This document shows positions 51,956 to 64,000 of a DNA stretch of 64,000 nt, piece after piece. Made by a program: the position numbers and the translations under genes. How positions within the stretch are numbered: position 1 is the stretch's first letter; each line of letters opens with the position of its first letter. This DNA is from Lama glama (lineage: Eukaryota), in assembly GCA_028534125.1 (NCBI GenBank), contig CM052818.1:27034001-27098000 (forward strand), read 5' to 3'. The notes below the pieces were generated by a model that was not told where the DNA came from, made no database searches, and was given only the letters and a program-made list of their open reading frames with translations.

Positions 51956-53481
51956 CTGGAAAGAACAGTAAAACTTTCAGTGACTTACAAGAACAGGAAG
52001 CATCTGGCCTCACCCCAGGGATGGGGACACTCAGCTCAAGGGGCTGGCTTGTGTCTAACTGCTCTTCTCCACTCTGTCCCATCTTAAGAGACAAGAATGC
52101 GTGAATATTTACTGACAGGATACTAGAGACACAGCTCGCTTGCTTGCCCGGGTGCTTGGGGGCAATCTGAAGTCAGGCGGATCGAGAGCTGTCCCCTACT
52201 GCCAGTTAACTGATTCTGTCTGAGCCTTAATTTCCTTATCTGAGAGGATTAAGCACTTTGTTAGTGTGAATGGTTCCTCTGTGAAATTCTGAAAACTCGA
52301 GGTCAGGGCATGTGTCTCACTCAGCACATAAACCTTTCCTGTGCCTCCTCCATGTCGATCCTCAGTCAGCCTTTGGTGATTGAGTTGATGAACAAAGATG
52401 AGTGAGAGGAGAGGACAGTCTAATGGGGGCTGAGTGTAGACTGGAGGGGAAGAGATGAGACACAAGCAACTCAAACAAATAAGAGGATCTGATATGCAAC
52501 CCTTCCCCTCCAGCAGGCTGAGACCAGAGTACAAAAGCAAAAGGGTTTAGTTCTTGGAGAGGCTGGGGTTGGGGGGAGGCGTTGATTTTTCAGCCTCAGG
52601 GATTTTCTTTAGAGCTATTTACCTGGGAGCTGGGTTCACAAATATATAAAGAAATAAAGACAATTAATAAGAGTCTTTTTAGGCTTGGTCAGGCCAATGA
52701 GTTTCTCAGGCAGAGGGAAACTTGCAGCACCGGAAGTAGGTCTCCCTGTTTCTGGGACGCTGAGCGACGCCCGCTCAAGAGTCTCCCCCAGTGGAGGAAG
52801 GCGCTGGGCACTCTGCTCACTCTTGGCTGCAGTAACCTTTCTCCTGGCTTGTTAGTTTTTCCAATTTGCAAAGCACATGATTTCATCTTCCCATTAAAGG
52901 TCAGCTTGCTCATCCTACTTCCTCACATCATTTAAAAAGTTTCACTTTGGGTGTCTAATGGCATTTCTTGGCCAAGAGCCCCCAGAGGTGAAGAAATGCA
53001 GGTCGAGTCCCAGGTCCTCTCTTCTACCTCGCATTCCCCACCGCCCCAGCAAAATCTGCCCTGGAGTTTCAAATACTAAATGCAGTAAATGTGGAGCAAC
53101 ACTCATTCACGTGAAGGGGAAACCTGCATCCCACTTGCAAAGAGGAAGAATAAATAGAAGGAAATCAAAGTGTGCTCCCAGGTGGAGTGAAAGTCTAACT
53201 CATTTTGAGGGCTGGGAACTCACTCCCTTCTGCCTTTTTGTCTTCATGTTTCCTTTCCCCTTTGTGATCCAGTGTTGTCCCTGGCCCAAGCCTCCCTGTG
53301 GGAGCTTCAGTGTGCCCTTTGCATGGTCACCAGATGCTGACGTCGGAGGGGACACTGTTGGAAAGGCTTCTGCAGCTGAGCTTGGCCTCTGTGCCACCAG
53401 CTGGATAATTAGACCCTCCTAGTTCTGTAATCCTAGGAATCTTGATCCAGTCACGGCCAGGAGGTCGGGCTGTATAATTAC

Positions 53482-53526
53482 CTGCATCTAGAAGGACTGA
53501 TCCAGGTTTCCACAAGTCAGGCTCCC
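53482..53526 (-). CDS. VIT: Vitrin linker exon, 45 nt, phase 1-1
   Basis: Acceptor ttttgacaagcag and donor gtaatt; (G)EPDLWKPGSVLLDA(G) matches the recalled vitrin WKPGSVLLD segment. Confidence 0.88.
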
Positions 53527-53761
53527 CTGCTTGTCAAAATTAAAAAGAAACAAACTTATTACTTAGATGAAACCACAAGAAGCTCTCAGGTGAATTGTCA
53601 GAATGATAATGTTTTCTAATTGTGGCAGAAAGCTCAGTAAAGAAGCATGAGACCAGCCTTTGGGATGAAGCAACCTGAAATCTGTGGGATTTTCTCATTT
53701 AAAGCTCTTAAAGCCGAAGACAAAAACATCTTTACTCTTTCCTTCTGTTCGCTATGCACCG

Positions 53762-53990
53762 AGAATCATGGAATAATAGGAATCCTGGGATTCAAAGGGG
53801 CCTAAAAGCTCATGCAATCTGAACCAAACCCCTCAGCCTGCTTCTATAACATCCCTACCAAGTGAGTGGCTGGCTGGTGTTGAATACCTCCAGAGATAGG
53901 AAACTCATTACATTCCCAACCAAAGCAGAGAATTTCTTCTTGGATTATTGAGACTGTGAGAAAACTTTTCATTGGATTGAGCTGAAATCT
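53762..53990 (-). mobile_element. L3/CR1 3' fragment
   Basis: aacatccctaccaagtg...ttgaatacctccagagataggaaactcattac...tgagaaaacttttc...ttgagctgaaatct. Confidence 0.7.
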
Positions 53991-55669
53991 TTGTGCATCC
54001 ATCCATCCTTCCATCCACCCATCCATCATACTTAGTAAGCACCCAAAATGTGGCCAGTATCATTCTGGGTACATCTGTCTCACTATCTGTTTGTGTTTCT
54101 TTTCTTGGAACCACACAGGACAAATGTGGCCCCTTCAGGGAGCAGCCAGTCCACTCATTTCCTGAGTTTCTCCTTTTCACCTCAAGCAGAATGGAGCAAA
54201 ACGGCACCTGGCATTCTGTTTAACGCCCCCCCCCCCCAACTGGTGCTGATACAGTGGAAGGGGTGGTCGGGAAGGGGAGGTTCTTGCCCAATAGTCCCTG
54301 ATCTCTTTGGGAGAATTACGTCTGGGAGGCGCTCAGAGGCAGCACAGACATGTTAGGAAACCTCATAAAGACACAAAAAGTCTGTTTCTCTCCCTTCCTC
54401 ATTACCCACTGCCACCCGTTGCCTTTAGCTCTCAGGCTGAGAGTGTAACCAACTGTTTCATTTCTTAAAGGCCATCAGCTCTCCTGCATGCTGCAATTAT
54501 TAACACACTCAAAGGAAGTGATATTTTCCTGCACATGATTAAAAGATGCCAGGCTATTTTGAAAGATGTTCTGGTGTAATGATGAGAACTGAGTTTAATT
54601 TGGTTCAACCATTAACCAGGAGTAGGACCTTGAACAAGTCACATGCCCTCTGCGAACCTTAATTTCTTTTTGAGTAACATTAGCAGTTTGGGTGGGATGA
54701 ACTCCAAGTTCAAAATATTTATGATTCATATGTTTAAACCTTTAGCTTCTTTCGCCTCATTACTCTATTGCCACCTACTGGTAAAGACATGTACTTTGCC
54801 CTTTTCCTAAAAAAAAAAAAGTGCTGGTGACATCTCAGTTTTTGCCCTTGAGTGTGAGGTAGGATGAGAATGCTGGGTGCTCTGTTACTTCAGTAGGAGA
54901 TAAAGAGTTCTCTGACATGAGAGAATTCCAAGCCTCTTACTCCTGTCCAGGAGACGTATCCTTCTGTTAGTGCCCCTTTCACTTGTCTGGGACAAGTTTG
55001 AACCAAATCACTTTCATCCAAAAGCTGAAGGCTGGAAAAAAAAAAAAACAAAACAACACTGGGCCAGCTCAGACTTGGTGCTTTGGGATTTGGTAGTAAT
55101 GAGAAGTAGATTGGTGAGAACATTTGTATTCTGGTGTCAGGGAGTAATGGTGTGGTGTGGCGTAGAAAGAAGTCAGGAGACCCAATCTGAGTCTAGGGGG
55201 CTTGCTGTTTTCTCTGATCTCCAGTCTTCTCCTGTGGGAAGCCGAGGTCGTAAGGACTTGTCCTGCCCTGCCTCACACGAAGGATTTACCTCGTGTATAA
55301 AATCACTCTGAAAAATGTAAGAGGTGCCCATAAAAAAACAAGGAATTATTTTTGTGACGGTCCTGGCTGGGTCATGTTATAGAAACAGTCTGTGTCTAAG
55401 AGAGGTATTGGTTCTGAACAATTTCCAGGGTGAACATCTGAAACCATTAACAGTTCCCAAGAGCAGTGAGCGCAGTGTCAGGCGCTGACCAAGCACCTTG
55501 CCGGTATTCAGTCACAGTGACCCTGTGAGGTGCAGGTGTGCTCCCACCTCACAGGTGAGGAGACTGAAGCACGGGGAGTGGCAGGGCTGAATGTTAAGCC
55601 CAGGCTGGCAGGCAGCAGAGCCTGCAGGTAACCACCATCTGTTTATCGCAAGGGGGCGTCATTGTCACT

Positions 55670-56210
55670 TCTGCCGCGGCTCAGGGGCCGGGGTGAGGTC
55701 ATGGCAAAGCTAGGCCTGGAACATTCCCTGGTAAGGCGCGCTCCGCGTGAGGGCCCAGACCATCTCTGCTCTAGGATCAGAGCAATGGTTCTGGCTTCTG
55801 TTCCCTGCACATCTGGAAGTCACCAGCCCCAGACCTAAGCGGGAGCCGGGACGCGTGGCCCTTAGGGCTTTCCAGTTTTATGGGGCGGAAGCGCAGGTGG
55901 CCCTTCGGTCCTCTGGTTTCTCCCCAGTGACTCTGGTGCAGCTTTTAGGAGGCGGCGGCCGTCTGACAGGCGGCAGGCCTCTGGAGCCGGGGGGCTCGGC
56001 GCACCTGCCGTCCGCGGGCCTGGCTTCGCGCCGAGGGCTGCGCACGTCCCGGGGAGCACCTCCTCCTGCTGCAGCGAGTCGGGGGCGCGCGGGGAGCGGC
56101 TGCTGCTGTGCCGAAGGGGTCGCCGCGCCCGCAGCCCGTCGCACGAGGGCTGTCAGAGAAGGTCCTGGGCACCGCAGTCACCCCGGAGAAGCATCCACAG
56201 TCCCGCGCTG
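55670..56210. promoter_or_regulatory. Intronic CpG-island-like segment
   Basis: Dense unmutated CpGs and very high GC, especially 55940-56150, unlike its flanks. Confidence 0.7.
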
Positions 56211-56889
56211 ACAGATGGATTACCCTCCAAAGCTGTGTGAGATCTCTGTTTGGGACCTGGCAGCCTCTTCTCCTGGAAGCAACATCAACTCCATGGTTAG
56301 GTTTCCAGGCCGGTGAAGCTTATCTGATCAAACAGAGCTCAAGGTCCCGTGAAGCCAGACAGCAAAAGGATGGTTCCGAGGAAAAGCCACCGAGTCCTAA
56401 CCTAAATCATCAGCAGCACAGCGCCGGGGGCTTCCATCCAGGATCAGAGGGCCCAGTAGGATGGGCGGGGTCTGGTTGTGGGGACCCAAGGAGGCAGTAG
56501 CATCACTGACTACTCTGGAAGCAGAGGGCGTGGTACCCACTAAGGCAGGCGTTTGGCAGCAGAGTTCTAGAATCTGAAAATACCCGAGTCATCTTTGTAG
56601 TTCCAACACATAGCACAGCGTCTAACATAGAGTACGCCTTCTAATTAAAGAAGTTCCCCTGCAGTGGAGGTGGTGGCTTCAACAGGAGGTGTGCCAGATT
56701 ACATCTGTGGCCGGAGGGCACAGTGGGAGAGGGCAGCAAAAATCTCTCATGGGTCATAAGTTCGAAGTCCTGTGCAGGAGAGGATGAAAATACTGAGGCT
56801 GATAACTTCATTAGGTCTGTACGTAGCTGCTTGTGTCTGTTTGTGGATTGCCCTCCACACAGATGGGGTATTGGGTGGGGCTTATGAAG

Positions 56890-58040
56890 TTCAGTCCCAA
56901 CGTGATATGTTTTTATCAGTGGCTGGAATGCAGGCAGGTGGCATGTTAATCAATTTTGCGGATGACAGACAGTGAATGCATTCAGTGCTGAATTAAGATT
57001 CAGGAAGACTGCTGTGGACTACACTAAGGGAGAATGTGATAGAGATAACTGTGACATTCTAAGCTGAGTTCAAACACTTAGTTGCACCAAGACAGGATTG
57101 GGGCGACATGCTTCCGTAGAAACACAAGAGTGAAAAAAAAAAGCCCTGGGAACTTGAGTGATTGTCTTGTTCAGTAGAAGATGAGCTGATAGTGAGACAG
57201 AGCTTCCCCCAAATGGAACTTGAGATGTTTTCACAGCAGCAGAGAATTTAGGACGAGAGAGGCAGTTCCCTGGCTCAGCCCTTGAGGCTCCGTGTCCTTC
57301 TCTGGGTGCCCTGTGCTGAGTCGCTGACAGCTGTGGTGTAGCTAGAGGGGGACCTGTTGGAGAAACTGGAGAAATTTCCCCAGAAAAGGTGAGACATGAA
57401 GGAGGACGTGAAGGATACGTTCATATAATTGAAAGACTCTCAAATTTATGCTCTTAGAAAACAATGAAGATGCCAAAGAGCCTTTGTTTGTGTTGGTTAT
57501 ATCTACTGATTTTTCTTGTATCAGAAATTTGTGCATCCTTTTGTTTGAAACAGAATATTAGCTATCAATCTAATGCCTTATTCATTCACTTTAAAATAAC
57601 AATAGACCTATTTTATCATTTTTTTTAAGAAAAAGAACTGTTTTCTAAAACAAAAGAATTCGAAGAACTGAGAAGACAGCTTGAATCAGACGTCAGTTCC
57701 CTCAGTCAGTGGTGAAATGTGTTTTTGTCGAAGTGTGTGAAGAAAATCTGGCCTCACACAGTTATGGAGGTGGAGAAGAGAGGACCTCACAGAATCCCTG
57801 AAAGCAGGGTCCTCGGACCACACTTTGAGAAGTACTAGTTTAGACAAATTAGGATCAACGGGCTGAAGTTCTAGATTTTTATGTCAACAATGGGTTTGAG
57901 AATCCCCGCACTACTCCCGCGAAGTTATCCCACGCGGGACAAAAGCCTCCATCTGGCATGCGATAAGGGACTGGGGTTCATTTTCTTTGGAGGGAAGTTA
58001 GACTGGAAGCACTTCATACAATTCTTTCCAACTCTGTGAG
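56890..58040 (+). mobile_element. L3/CR1 RT and 3' region, interrupted by a hAT-Charlie element (about 57425-57838)
   Basis: Peptide GMLINFADD is the CR1 RT catalytic motif; 3' end ctttccaactctgtga; the insert ends ggaccacactttgagaagtact. Confidence 0.7.
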
Positions 58041-60070
58041 CTGATGATATTCTAGCTGAGGAGCTGGGCGACTCCCCTGATACACATGACTATCTGAAGG
58101 GAGAGCCAGTTGAAGGGTAGCTAAGAAGCCCTGTGCTCTGACCTGCCTGACTGCCTGTGTGCCAGGCTCCCCACCTGCAGGAACCATCACGGGGCTTCGT
58201 GACTCGTCCAGGTCTGAGCGCCTGGGGCCAGGCAAGGCTCCAAGGCGGGGACACTCTGGGGTTCGTGGGAGTGTCTGAGGTGCTCAGAGCAAAGCTGCAG
58301 GGGTGATGGTGATGGTGAGGGGCAGCAGAAATGGGTAGGATATAAGGGCAGAAAAGGAGCTGGGAGCGTCTGTGTGGTCAATGAGATAGTGGTAATCATT
58401 GGCAGCGTGAAGAGGATGCAGAAGAAAGGGACACTAGAGCTAGAGACCCGGAGGCAGGACGATGATAAAAGGTGATAAAAAGGGAAGGGGATCAAATGCT
58501 AAAACAGCCTCGGGTTGTTAGGCAGGGAAAAACAGGAGCCAGAGATCAGGTACAGGCCTGGTTTCCATCACCCCCAGACCACGCCTGGTTCGCGTGGGTG
58601 CCTGGGTATTTGCGCTTTGTCCCAGAGGTGGGTCCCGGGATGCCCAGCTGGGGGCCTCTCTAGCAGACCCAAGTCCCTGAGAGTCCCTGAGCGTCCAGAC
58701 TGGCAGAGACCTTCTCTGTGACACACAGAGGAGAGAGAGAGAGCAAAGAGATGTTCACCAGAGGTTAAGACAACTTGGCCCAACCCGGAGGTGAGCTGCG
58801 GAGGCCAGCAGTGTGCGCGGAGGTGTGTGTGAGTGCAGAGCAGGGACGGCAAGCAGCGGGCAGCCCAGCCAGGTGTCTGGTAAGCAGCTCCAGAGACCGC
58901 TGCCTCTGGGTACCCGGGGGGGATTACGCAAGGTCAGCTGACTTACATGCAATCAGCAACCTGCTTTCTTTCCTTATTTTGCCCTCAGATGAAGGTGCCC
59001 CCAGTTCAGATGTTGCTTGGAAGTCGGCCAAGCTCTCTGTGGTTAGCTGTACTGTGAGGCCTGCAGGGGAGGCAAAGATCCTGGCCAAGGGCACGAGAGG
59101 GAGCAGTCCCCGTGCTTGGCTGTCTCAGCGGTCCCACGGGCCTGTTAAGGCCTATAATGGCCTTGGAGTCCTTGGCCTGCCCAGCAATCTGAATCTTAAG
59201 CCCTTTATCCTGAGCACCAGCGTGTCTGTTGGCAAAGGTGCAGCTGTGAATCCACAGAAGCTTTCAGCCCTGCCCAGGGGACCCCGCAGAACGCCTGCTC
59301 CCATCTGGTATCAAAGCAAAACACACCCTACAGTCTAGGAATCTTTCAACACGTGGAGGACAATCAGGTATCCCCCAGCAAGAGAAGGACCTGAACTCTT
59401 CTCCTTCCTGGAGCCCCAGGGCTGCAAGGGAGGCTATGTCTCAAGTCTGCCCGCTCCTGGCCCCGGCCCCGAGCACGGTCTGTGGAAAGCATCTAACCAC
59501 GCCGGGTTTTCCTTTCTCGTCTCTGCAGGCCTCAACAGCTTCTCAGAGAAGAGAACTAGTTTCATCACTCTGCATTCCCCATTCCTGGGCCAAACCTTTA
59601 AGGGATCATAGAAGGAAGAAAGGGGAGCCAGGGAGTGTCCTAATTCACAGGAGGCTTCCTGGAGGGGAGAGAACGTGTTTCTAGTCCCCACGTCACAGAA
59701 GCAGTTGAGTAAGACTGGCTCTGCCCTTTCCTGGGAGATGATAAAAATGTCTCTCTTTCTTTTGCCCTGGTTTCTCAGGTCTAAACCCCAGGAGAGTATC
59801 CCTTTTCAGGTTTGTAACAGCCCAGCTACCGAACCCTTAGGAATTTCTATCACAGCCCCCCCAGAATTGCCTCGAGGGAATGGCGGTCCTGAAGGCTTTG
59901 CTTATTTACTTTCCTTACAAGTTGGGCCCTTGAGCAGTCTCTTTTGTTGGCATATCTGGTTTAATGCTTTCTGTCCAAATCTGAGTCAAATGACAGGCTT
60001 AGAAAGACAGACCCCATGCAAACAAGCTTCACCTTCATCAGCAGCTGCAAAGGTGAGTTCAGGTTCTTAC

Positions 60071-60128
60071 CTGGATTAGCGCAGGGGGCTATTTTGGCTG
60101 TTAGTGTAGGTGGTGGTGGACCAGAGAT
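60071..60128 (-). pseudogene. VIT: Frameshifted homologue of the vitrin DLWST...P linker exon (58 nt)
   Basis: Acceptor ttattgcag and donor gtaaga; reads (D)LWSTTTYTNSQNSP, then a C5 run shifts the frame to TAA at 60076-60078; removing one C gives ...SPCANP(G), 57 nt. Confidence 0.75.
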
Positions 60129-60879
60129 CTGCAATAACACTTGACTGGTCAGGGCATGAATTTTAATCTAACTGTTCTCATTTATTCCATGATCCGTCCT
60201 AGCAAGACTTTACCAAGGTCAGAACCAAGGTAATGCTTTGTCCTTGGGTGGTCTGAACCTGCCCTGGAGGAGGTGTTGAAATGGGGAAAAAAAAAATGGA
60301 TTTAACTCAAAACACTGACTGACAATTCTGGGTAATAGTAAACCTTGATTTCACAATTGTCAGAGCAAGCATCTTACTAAAGTGCCATATTTCTTTAGAC
60401 TTCATTATTCTTAGAGTAATTGTCCTCAGCTGTGCCACTCCTGAGGCGGTTCAGGTAATTCTTCAGTAGAAATGTCACTTAACGTTTAGCAATTTGCTTA
60501 AACTGCATTAACACGGTATTGATGCAAATAACATTAGCTTTTAGTCATTTTTAAGGCTACACAATGGGTTATCCTGAACCACTCTGTGGAAAAATCAAAT
60601 ACACTTCAGCATTCATTATTTATTGGGCAATTCTTTCTGAAGCAAGGTTTTAAAAGGGAGGAGGGAGGTGGGAGATTCTGGAAAGAGAGATGCAAAGTCC
60701 ATTTTGTGGGGGAAGGGGACCACATAAAAACCAGCTGAGGGAAAGAACCAAGTTTCATGGAAGGGAAGAGATAAGAGATCATGGGAAAATGATCAGTTTT
60801 TCATAGAACCAAATCTGTCTGCTATAACTTTTCATTCCCTTTGTCTTTGTCCTAATTCTTTGGACACAAACTCAAAATA

Positions 60880-61500
60880 GCTTTGTTTTCTCTGTAATTA
60901 TAAAGCTGACACATGCTCACTGTCCAAATATACACTGTAGATAGTAAGGAATCACTGGCAATTCCTCTCTCCAGCAGTTCCTGGTTTACAATTTTGGTCT
61001 ATAGTGTTGTATCCCTTTTCCTACGTGCATGTTCTCATGTGCAAAACATAGTTACAGAACATGAGACTGGCGCCCGTGCTGTTTTGTAGCCTGCTTTGAC
61101 TTAACAGCCTGTCACAGACCAAGCTTCCGCTGTCAGTAAGAGCATGTATTTCAGTAGTCATGTATTAACTTCTTTCACCATTCTGATGATGGACAATTAA
61201 GTCATCTCCATTAATTTTTATTAAGAACAGCATCTGTCCAGGCTTCTTTTGACTCTGGCTGATAATTACCTTAGAATATATTCCTGTAAGTGCAGGAGCT
61301 GAATCATTTCTCCATACTCTTGCCGAAACTGTGTTTTACCCATTTCCAGTGTGAATTGGTGAATGATGACATCTTATTGTTTACTTTGCATTTATTTGGA
61401 TCCTGGTGAAGTTGAACGCCTCTTGTTATGTTTATGGGCTGTTTACAGTTCTCCACTGTGGCCTTGATCCATTTTTCTTTTGGAATATTTGTCTTACTAT
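60880..61500 (-). mobile_element. Old L1ME-like fragment
   Basis: gatggacaattaagtcatctcca...ttaccttagaatatattcct...catcttattgtttactttgcatttattt. Confidence 0.65.
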
Positions 61501-62765
61501 TCTATAAGACTGGATTTTAAGAAAAAAACCTTCTCCCGACACCTTAAAGAAGATAAACTTTCAGAGATGTGACATGTTGGTGAGACGGGAAACTGCATGT
61601 GGAAGGGATGGGCAGTTATAGACGCTGGTTCCTTCCTATCCCAGGTGAGCTGCCCTTGGTCAGAGGGCACAGTGGAGGAGAAAGGTGCGTCACTAAGCCT
61701 TGCCACTAGGTGGGGCTCTGCTGCCCCCTCCCTGGTTAACTTTTCCTGGTGGACATATTCGATGCTATGGTAGATCAGCTGAGGTAACCATGGAACTTCT
61801 TCAGATGAACCAGGCCAGGAAAACGATGCCAGGTGAAGCCACTCCACCTTCCAAGCTTGTGGTAGGTTCATCTGGGCCTGAGGGATTCTCCATCTTTTCC
61901 AGAACTCTTTCCTCAGCATAACTAATGGATCTGGTTCTCCAGGCTGCTTCCTCTGGCCCTGGGACACAGCACTGGGACTGCTTGGCTCGTGTGGGTACCA
62001 GCATCATCCTTGGCCTCTCCTGTGAAGAACAGCCTTGCCCCTGCCCCGGGATCAGGGGTGGGTCTCCATCTCTCCGGCTCTTGGCTTCCCGAGCCCCAGT
62101 CTTGTTCCTTGTTCCTCTCTGTCCTGTCACATTTGCCCATTCATGGGTCAGTTAAGGGGTCATCACGTAGCCTTGGGGTCCGGCCTCATCTTTCTTTGGG
62201 TCTTTCCTCCTATATCAGCTCTTCTTCATGGGCTGGGAGAGACTCTGTCTTTTCCTGCTACAGAGTTTCTACTTACTGGACCCCCTCCAAGTTTCTGTGT
62301 CCTATCTGGAAGGCAGCTCTCTACCTTACTGTGGAACAAAGATGACTCCGACCCCCAAATACAGGTTGTTCCGGGTCTGATTCTCATGTCTCAGGTGTCT
62401 GGCTGCAGGGATCTCGGTGGGCTGTGTTCACTGATGTAGCCCAAGACCCTTCTAGAATGGTGCCTGACACATAGTGGGCACTCAATAAATACTTTCTGAA
62501 TGAATAAACAAATTAGATTTTGCTCAAACACCCCTTGACAACCACTTCTAGGATCTTCTGACTACAGTCACATATATGAAAGAAAAAAACACTTAATAAA
62601 TGCAACCATGGCAACTTACTTGTCCATCAACAGGAGAGTTGCTCTCTCATAATTAACAGAATATTTTCAGCTCATTTGAAGAAACAGTGAAGTTATCTAT
62701 ATAGCAAATATTATTTAATATAGTTGGGCTAAAATATCACAGCAAATAATTGTAGTCATGCATTA

Positions 62766-62914
62766 GGGGGAGGGTATAGATCAGTGGTAGAGAATGTGCC
62801 TAGCGTGCATGAGGTCCTGGGTCCAATCCCTAGTACCTCCATTAAAAATAAATAAGTGAACCTAATTACCTTCTCCCCAAAACAAAAGAAAAAAGAAGTA
62901 AACTTGGTTTCTTA
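62766..62914 (+). mobile_element. Camelid Vic-1-like SINE with 13-bp TSD
   Basis: gggggagggtatagatcagtggtagag...gaggtcctgggtccaatccctagtacctccattaaaa; tagtcatgcatta at 62753-62765 and 62915-62927. Confidence 0.9.
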
Positions 62915-62944
62915 TAGTCATGCATTAAGATAGGCATTCATGAA

Positions 62945-63176
62945 AGTAGACTGGAGGTTTTCTGGACCTAGGGGAGGGAGGGATTTGGGGGTCATGGTGA
63001 GTGACTGTCAGTGGGTGTGGGGTGTCTTCTCGGGGTTATGAAAATGTTCTAGAACTGACTGTGGTGATGGTTACACAACTGTGTGAGTATAGTAGAAACC
63101 ATTGACTGGTACACTTTCAATGGATGAATTGTATGGTAGGCGACAGTATCTTAATAATGCTGTGGTTTAAAAAAAG
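62945..63176 (+). mobile_element. L1MB/MC-like 3' end
   Basis: atgaaaatgttctagaactgactgtggtgatggttacacaactgtgtgagtata...tatcttaataatgctg. Confidence 0.8.
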
Positions 63177-64000
63177 ACATAGGCATTGAAACATCAGTCT
63201 TCACTCCTCTTCATTCCTACAGAAAATCCTTTGAGTAGGCCCTCCATGTTTTAAAAAGTCCTCTCTCCCTTCCGCCCTCCCCACTTTGGCTCCTTTCTTA
63301 GCAATCACGGCCCAGGCTGCATGGGGCTCCTGCCCTGAATATTTGCCTAGCCGTCTGCAGGGCAGCGCGGACGCGGGTGCTGGACCAGGATGAAGAGGGA
63401 GCACTGAAGGGCTGGGAGGCTGCTGCCCAAAGCTCCTGTCCCCAAGCCAGGAATAAGGAAGCTTTGCCAGGCTGGGAGCCACTGCTTCAAGTTGCTTGAG
63501 GTTTTCCATAAGCACAGACCCAACTTGTAACAGGATTTCCAAGCTCCCAGTGTAGCCAAATAAATACGCCCCAGTCTTAATTATATGTGTTATGTAAAAA
63601 TGGACATCCTCTAAGGAGACACCAGGAGCAAACAACTCGTTCAGCTACTCAGAAGTCTTTGAAAGAATCAAGATGGTGGGGGAGTGCCTAATATATTTCA
63701 GGAATTATTTTTATGGTATTTTTATTTGGGGAATTTATAGTATAGTTCTTCCAGGAGTCGTTCATCAGATGGAATTATAATTGTCCCAACATCATAGAGT
63801 TGTTGGGAAGATTAAATAAAAGAATGCATGCAGGGCCCCCGGCCCAGGGAGAGAATGGGCGGTGCGTTCTGTTACTGTCTGTTACGGATTACAGCAAAGT
63901 CGGCTGTGTCTAAGACCCTCTGTCCTTGCCACCCCGTCCATGTCAAGGCAGGTCAGGCGCCTGCATCGTCAGTGCCCGGGGTGTTCGTTCACAGCCGGGG

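Noticed and set aside
54941..55031. Cryptic minus-strand exon (poly-T ccag ... gtaaga), 91 nt
   Set aside because: Frame-shifting, the acceptor is only a poly(A) tract read backwards, and there is no vitrin similarity
56224..56323. Possible minus-strand exon, 100 nt
   Set aside because: Not frame-preserving and the splice sites are mediocre
58020..58093. Cryptic minus-strand exon, 74 nt
   Set aside because: Weak donor, frame-shifting, and overlaps the L3 3' end
61497..61967. 156-aa minus-strand ORF as a possible retrogene
   Set aside because: Non-ATG start, no recognisable protein, no poly(A) tail or TSD
62766..62840. tRNA-like sequence (also 31420-31494)
   Set aside because: tRNA-derived SINE head with tail and TSD, not a tRNA gene
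1..64000. Most ORF-track entries of 60-190 aa
   Set aside because: Mammalian intron and repeat DNA with non-ATG starts and no recognisable domains; only ORFs overlapping STRN or VIT exons or transposon relics are meaningful
1..64000. CRISPR array, operon or other prokaryotic system
   Set aside because: No repeat-spacer structure; spliceosomal introns and mammalian retroposons throughout

Overview
This is mammalian genomic DNA, most likely camelid (two Vic-1-like tRNA-derived SINEs and artiodactyl-type L1 3' ends). It holds the 3' ends of two convergent known genes. On the + strand are the last three coding exons of striatin (STRN; 476-583, 1690-1776, 1863-2032) and a multi-kb AT-rich 3' UTR with several poly(A) signals. 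On the - strand are seven clean coding exons of vitrin (VIT), running from the linker through both vWA domains to the stop at 32858; all splice sites and phases were checked by hand. The rest is intron or intergenic DNA rich in L1, L2, L3/CR1, MIR, MLT1, MER5, Tigger and Blackjack relics. Most entries in the ORF track are spurious. There is no prokaryote-type system. The best leads are: (1) a frame-consistent chain of unrecognised minus-strand exons with a poly(A) signal between the two genes (24.7-27.3 kb); (2) a VIT linker exon carrying a +1 frameshift and stop (60071-60128); (3) an open, phase-compatible 114-nt candidate VIT cassette exon (58947-59060); (4) several small rearrangements inside transposons. 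Repeat family names and orthologue comparisons come from memory of consensus sequences, not from searches, and repeat boundaries are approximate.
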